This document shows, piece by piece, positions 60,765 to 64,000 of a stretch of 64,000 nt of DNA. The first letter of the stretch is position 1. Each line of letters opens with the position of its first letter. The notes below the pieces were generated by a model that saw nothing but the letters and a program-made list of their open reading frames with translations, was not told the DNA's origin and ran no database searches. Source of the DNA: an uncultured bacterium (GTDB taxonomy: Bacteria > Zhuqueibacterota > QNDG01 > DTFT01); the NCBI GenBank assembly GCA_963736115.1, contig CAVTNR010000021.1, positions 12,757 to 76,756 on the forward strand. Reading direction: 5' to 3'. The translations under genes and the position numbers were made by a program.

Positions 60765-61400
60765 TCATTTGCTGACCACGACTTTGGCGTGCCGGAGCAC
60801 CTGGCCGTTCAGCCAGTACCCCTTCTCGTACTCCTCGAGAACCATTCCGGGCGGAACGCCGTCCCGCTCCGCATGCAGGAGCGCGTCATGCTGTTCCACG
60901 TCGAAAGGCAGGCCTTCGGACTCCATCGACGTCACACCGCGGGAAAGGAGAAGCGCGCCGAGCTTCTGGCTGATCATTTCAACTCCTGCCCGGAACACCG
61001 CGGGATCTGAATCGGCGGGTGATTTCAATGAACGATCCAGGTCGTCGCGGACCGGAAGAATCGCCTTCAGCAGTTCCGCGTTCGCGGACTGCATCCACTG
61101 AATCCGTTCCTTTTCGGTCCGCTTCTTCAGGTTCTCCATTTCCGCGGCCGCGCGGATCCAACGGTCCTTCAGATCGCGGTTTTCCTCCTCGAGGAGACGG
61201 ATCCGGTCCCGGAGAGACGCATTCTCCTTCGGCCGCTTCGGTTCCCGGACGGATCGGGCTTCGTGTTTTTTTTCCGGTAGAGGAGCGTGTTCCTGTTTTT
61301 CATGCGGACGGGAAGGCCCCTCCTCCTCCGGCCGGTCCGCGGATCGTGCGTCCTGATTTTCTTCCATGCCTTTCGACAAATCCTCGGGTCTGTTCGTCAT
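60765..61400 (-). CDS. grpE: Nucleotide exchange factor GrpE
   Basis: [21 protein letters not shown]...HDA and KGY.L...VLRHAKV.V. Confidence 0.95.
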   Translation of the reverse strand: MTNRPEDLSKGMEENQDARSADRPEEEGPSRPHEKQEHAPLPEKKHEARSVREPKRPKENASLRDRIRLLEEENRDLKDRWIRAAAEMENLKKRTEKERIQWMQSANAELLKAILPVRDDLDRSLKSPADSDPAVFRAGVEMISQKLGALLLSRGVTSMESEGLPFDVEQHDALLHAERDGVPPGMVLEEYEKGYWLNGQVLRHAKVVVSK

Positions 61401-61414
61401 CTGTTCAAGGCGGG

Positions 61415-62431
61415 TCAGCTGAAATGACCGGTGACAGTGGCCGCCATATGGCTGACCAGCGGCAGAATTCTCCCGTACCGCATCCGTATCGGACCGATTA
61501 CCCCGATCACTCCGTTCTCCGATCCCATGGCGTATCGCGCGGATATGACGCTGAACCCGCGCAGGCGCTCGTCCTGGTTTTCCGAGCCGATCGCGACCGA
61601 TACGGGAAGCGGTTTCGTCCTGAAAACGTTCATCACGCCTTCCCGGTCCTCCATGAACGAAAGGATGCTCCGGAGTAGAGACGTGTCCGTAAATTCCGGC
61701 TGTGTCAGCATGTGCTGAGCGCCCGATGAGTGGATTTCCGGAACGCCTGGAAAGTCGAAGCCGTTCCGTCCCGAATCAGCGACGCGTCGGACGAGTTCCC
61801 GGCCGCCTTCCGGTTTCAATCCAAGACGATCGGAGATGGTCCGTTGGATCTCCGTCAGGGTCAGCCCGCTGAGCCGCTCATTGACGAACGAGGCTGTTCC
61901 GGCAAGATCTTTCCCGTCGATTTCTTCCCGGGTTTCCAGAATAACGTTTCGGGCCCGCCGGTCGGTCAGATGAACGGCCATAAGCACCTTGCGTCCGGAA
62001 AGACCGATCAGCTCCATGCGGTCGAATACGGCCTGTGAAATGCAGGGTGTGATGACCAGCGCCAATTCCTCGGAAAAGACGCCCATCACCCTGGACAGGG
62101 AGTCCAGGAGGCGCGGCACATTCCCGTCCGCGGATCGAACCTTCTCCTCGATCTGATGCTCCTCATCCGGGTCAAGCCCTTCCCGCTTCATCAGGCTGTC
62201 CACAAAAAACCGGTATCCCCGATCCGTCGGCACCCGGCCCGCGGACGCATGCGGCTGGCTGACATACCCCATTTCCTCGAGGCAGGTCATCTCATTGCGC
62301 ACGGTCGCCGGACTGCAGTCCAGTTTGCAGTTACGCACGAGCTGATCGGAACCGACTGGCGCGGCTGTCCCAATATAGCGCTGTATAACCCAGCGCAGAA
62401 GATTTTTCTGTCTTGCGGTCAGACGGATCAT
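61415..62431 (-). CDS. hrcA: Heat-inducible transcription repressor HrcA
   Basis: PVGS, SPATVRNEM..LE..G...QPHASAGRVPTD.GYR..VD, QPEF, IGSEN and GVIGP.RM.Y. Confidence 0.95.
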   Translation of the reverse strand: MIRLTARQKNLLRWVIQRYIGTAAPVGSDQLVRNCKLDCSPATVRNEMTCLEEMGYVSQPHASAGRVPTDRGYRFFVDSLMKREGLDPDEEHQIEEKVRSADGNVPRLLDSLSRVMGVFSEELALVITPCISQAVFDRMELIGLSGRKVLMAVHLTDRRARNVILETREEIDGKDLAGTASFVNERLSGLTLTEIQRTISDRLGLKPEGGRELVRRVADSGRNGFDFPGVPEIHSSGAQHMLTQPEFTDTSLLRSILSFMEDREGVMNVFRTKPLPVSVAIGSENQDERLRGFSVISARYAMGSENGVIGVIGPIRMRYGRILPLVSHMAATVTGHFS

Positions 62432-62433
62432 AA

Positions 62434-62493
62434 GGTTTCACACCAAAATGGTTTACACCACATAAATGTAAATATTTTTTTAATTTGTGTCAA
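62434..62493 (-). promoter_or_regulatory. Sigma70-type promoter of hrcA-grpE-dnaJ with a downstream direct repeat; no CIRCE
   Basis: Minus strand TTGACA (62493-62488), 17 nt, TACATT (62470-62465), then TGGTGTAAACC (62460-62450) and TGGTGTGAAACC (62445-62434). Confidence 0.7.
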
Positions 62494-62564
62494 GTAAAAA
62501 CCGCATCGGGCAACCCGTTCGGCCGGGCCTGATCAGGCGCGGGATTGCCTCCCGGGCGGGCCTC

Positions 62565-63425
62565 TCAGTCCTGCATATGACGGGAAAGACCGATCAGACT
62601 TCCGAACAGTCCGAGCAGACCCCCGACCGCCACCGGCCCCCAGAAAAAATACGGCAGCCCCTGCAGGCGGAGATTGAACTTCCAGGCGATCAGCTGAATC
62701 AAGCTGAAGCTGATCAGGGCGCTCAGGCCGCCTCCCAGGACGCCCTGGAATACACCCTGGAACAGATAGGGCATGCGGATAAAACCGCGGGTGGCGCCCA
62801 CCAGCCGCATGACCTGAATGGATTTCCGCTGAGCCAGCAATGTCAGACGCATGGTGTTGTTGACCAGCAGAAGGGTTGCGAGCACCACGATCAGCATCAG
62901 TCCGAAATCCACCCACAGTACGGTCCGGCCGTATTCCTCGATCAGACGGAAAAACCTGCCGTGATACGAAACCTCGTCCACGGAAGGCAGTTTCTCGATT
63001 TTCGCCAGAATGATTTCGGCCCTGTCCGGAGACCGGTAGGCGGGCGTGAGCCGGACCTGAAAAGATGCCGGGAGGGGGTTCTCTCCAAGCAGCGGAATCG
63101 GATCCGCTCCGAACTCCAGCTTGAACCGGTTCAGGGCCGCTTCCCGGGAAATATACTCGGTTTTTTCGATCCCGGCTACGGCCAGAATGTTCCTTCGCAG
63201 CGCCTCGATGCTGTCCGCCGGGGTGGTCGGGTCTATGAACACTTCGAAAAAAATCTGGGTCTGAAATCCGCGCACGACTTTTCGCACGTTCAGGGTCAGG
63301 ATCAGAAACAGATTCAGGAGCGTCAGGGTGATCGCGATCGTGGTCACGGTCACGAAAGCCGCGACCCTGGCGCGCCTCAGGCCCAGAAAACCTTCACGAA
63401 TGACATAGGGGAAATTGAAACTCAT
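62565..63425 (-). CDS. ftsX: Cell division permease FtsX
   Basis: REG...LRR, TM1, periplasmic ENPLPASF, NNTMRL, I.VMRLVGAT..FIR.P and further TMs; ATGA overlap with ftsE. Confidence 0.93.
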   Translation of the reverse strand: MSFNFPYVIREGFLGLRRARVAAFVTVTTIAITLTLLNLFLILTLNVRKVVRGFQTQIFFEVFIDPTTPADSIEALRRNILAVAGIEKTEYISREAALNRFKLEFGADPIPLLGENPLPASFQVRLTPAYRSPDRAEIILAKIEKLPSVDEVSYHGRFFRLIEEYGRTVLWVDFGLMLIVVLATLLLVNNTMRLTLLAQRKSIQVMRLVGATRGFIRMPYLFQGVFQGVLGGGLSALISFSLIQLIAWKFNLRLQGLPYFFWGPVAVGGLLGLFGSLIGLSRHMQD

Positions 63426-64000
63426 TCGACCAGTCTTTCCTGCTGAATGCGCACCCGTCTTCCGGGAAACGTACGGCAGAATTCCTCGCGGTGCGTGGTC
63501 ATCAGTACCGCGGTCCCCTTGCTGTTGATGCGTTTCAGAAGCCGCATGACGTCCTCCGCGGACTCGGAATCGAGATTCCCTGTGGGTTCATCCGCCAGCA
63601 GAACATACGGTTCATTGACCAGTGCGCGCGCGATGGAGACCCGCTGCTGCTCGCCGCCCGAAAGCTCGGGAATCATGGAATAGCGCTTGTGGCTGATGCG
63701 CACTTCGGTCAGAACCTGCAGAGTCAGCTTCTTGATTTTACCGGCCGGAACGCCCGTGGCCCAGAGGGCGAACGCCACATTATCGAACACATTCCGGTCT
63801 TCAAGCAGCTTATAGTCCTGAAACACCATGCCGACCTTGCGCCTGAGAAAGGGAATGTCCCGCGGCCGGATGGTTCGGTCTGGAGGTATTCGAAACGGTA
63901 ACGCTTCCGCGTCCGGGAAGAATGTCCATGTGTATCAGACGCAGCAACGTGCTTTTCCCGGAACCGCTGGGCCCGACCACGTACACGAATTCGCCTGGTT
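63422..64000 (-). CDS. ftsE: Cell division ATP-binding protein FtsE, 5'-truncated by the window edge, with a frameshift at about 63870-63895
   Basis: One frame reads GEFVYVVGPSGSGKSTLL (Walker A). The other reads IPFLRRKVGMVFQDYKLL, LSGGEQQRV and LLADEPTGNLD. Confidence 0.9.

Overview
A GC-rich, gene-dense bacterial chromosome segment, mostly on the minus strand. The fused LpxC-FabZ, homodimeric-type glycyl-tRNA synthetase, FlgD-Ig/T9SS-type C-terminal domain and holB-ricT-metG order suggest an FCB-superphylum organism such as KSB1/Calditrichota-like (inference). Contents in order: (1) 1-7.7 kb, the start of a surface-polysaccharide operon with two tandem Wzc kinases, an NDP-sugar epimerase, an internal UpxY antiterminator, a DegT aminotransferase and a Gfo/Idh/MocA dehydrogenase; (2) gcvT-comB-ftsK-lolA; (3) an envelope operon, uppS, TamB/AsmA-like, bamA, skp, lpxD, lpxC/fabZ, lpxA, lipoate-ligase-like, dxr, rseP; (4) moxR, DUF58 and an NtrY-like kinase; (5) a complete preQ1 operon, queDECF-folE2, plus an EamA transporter; (6) a 36-aa Lys-rich ORF missed by the ORF track, glyQS, ssb, cdd; (7) a GH3/PA14 glucosidase flanked by GTAG-REP-like elements; (8) a self-contained three-gene unit of TPR-CsgG/HfaB protein, 1201-aa beta-propeller/CTD surface protein and outer-membrane beta-barrel; (9) housekeeping genes including an in-frame BioY-EnvC fusion, a PilM-like gene with an apparent PilN-PilO fusion partner, comEA, hrcA-grpE-dnaJ without dnaK or CIRCE, and ftsEX. 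Several single-base indels (epimerase, second wzc, moxR, GH3, ftsE) look like long-read consensus errors, so fusions need read-level confirmation. I found no rRNA, tRNA, CRISPR array, integrase or transposase. The best candidates for undescribed biology are the TPR-CsgG/propeller/barrel unit, the PilM plus PilN-PilO pair, the BioY-EnvC fusion and the EamA in the que operon. All family calls are by motif recognition, not database search.
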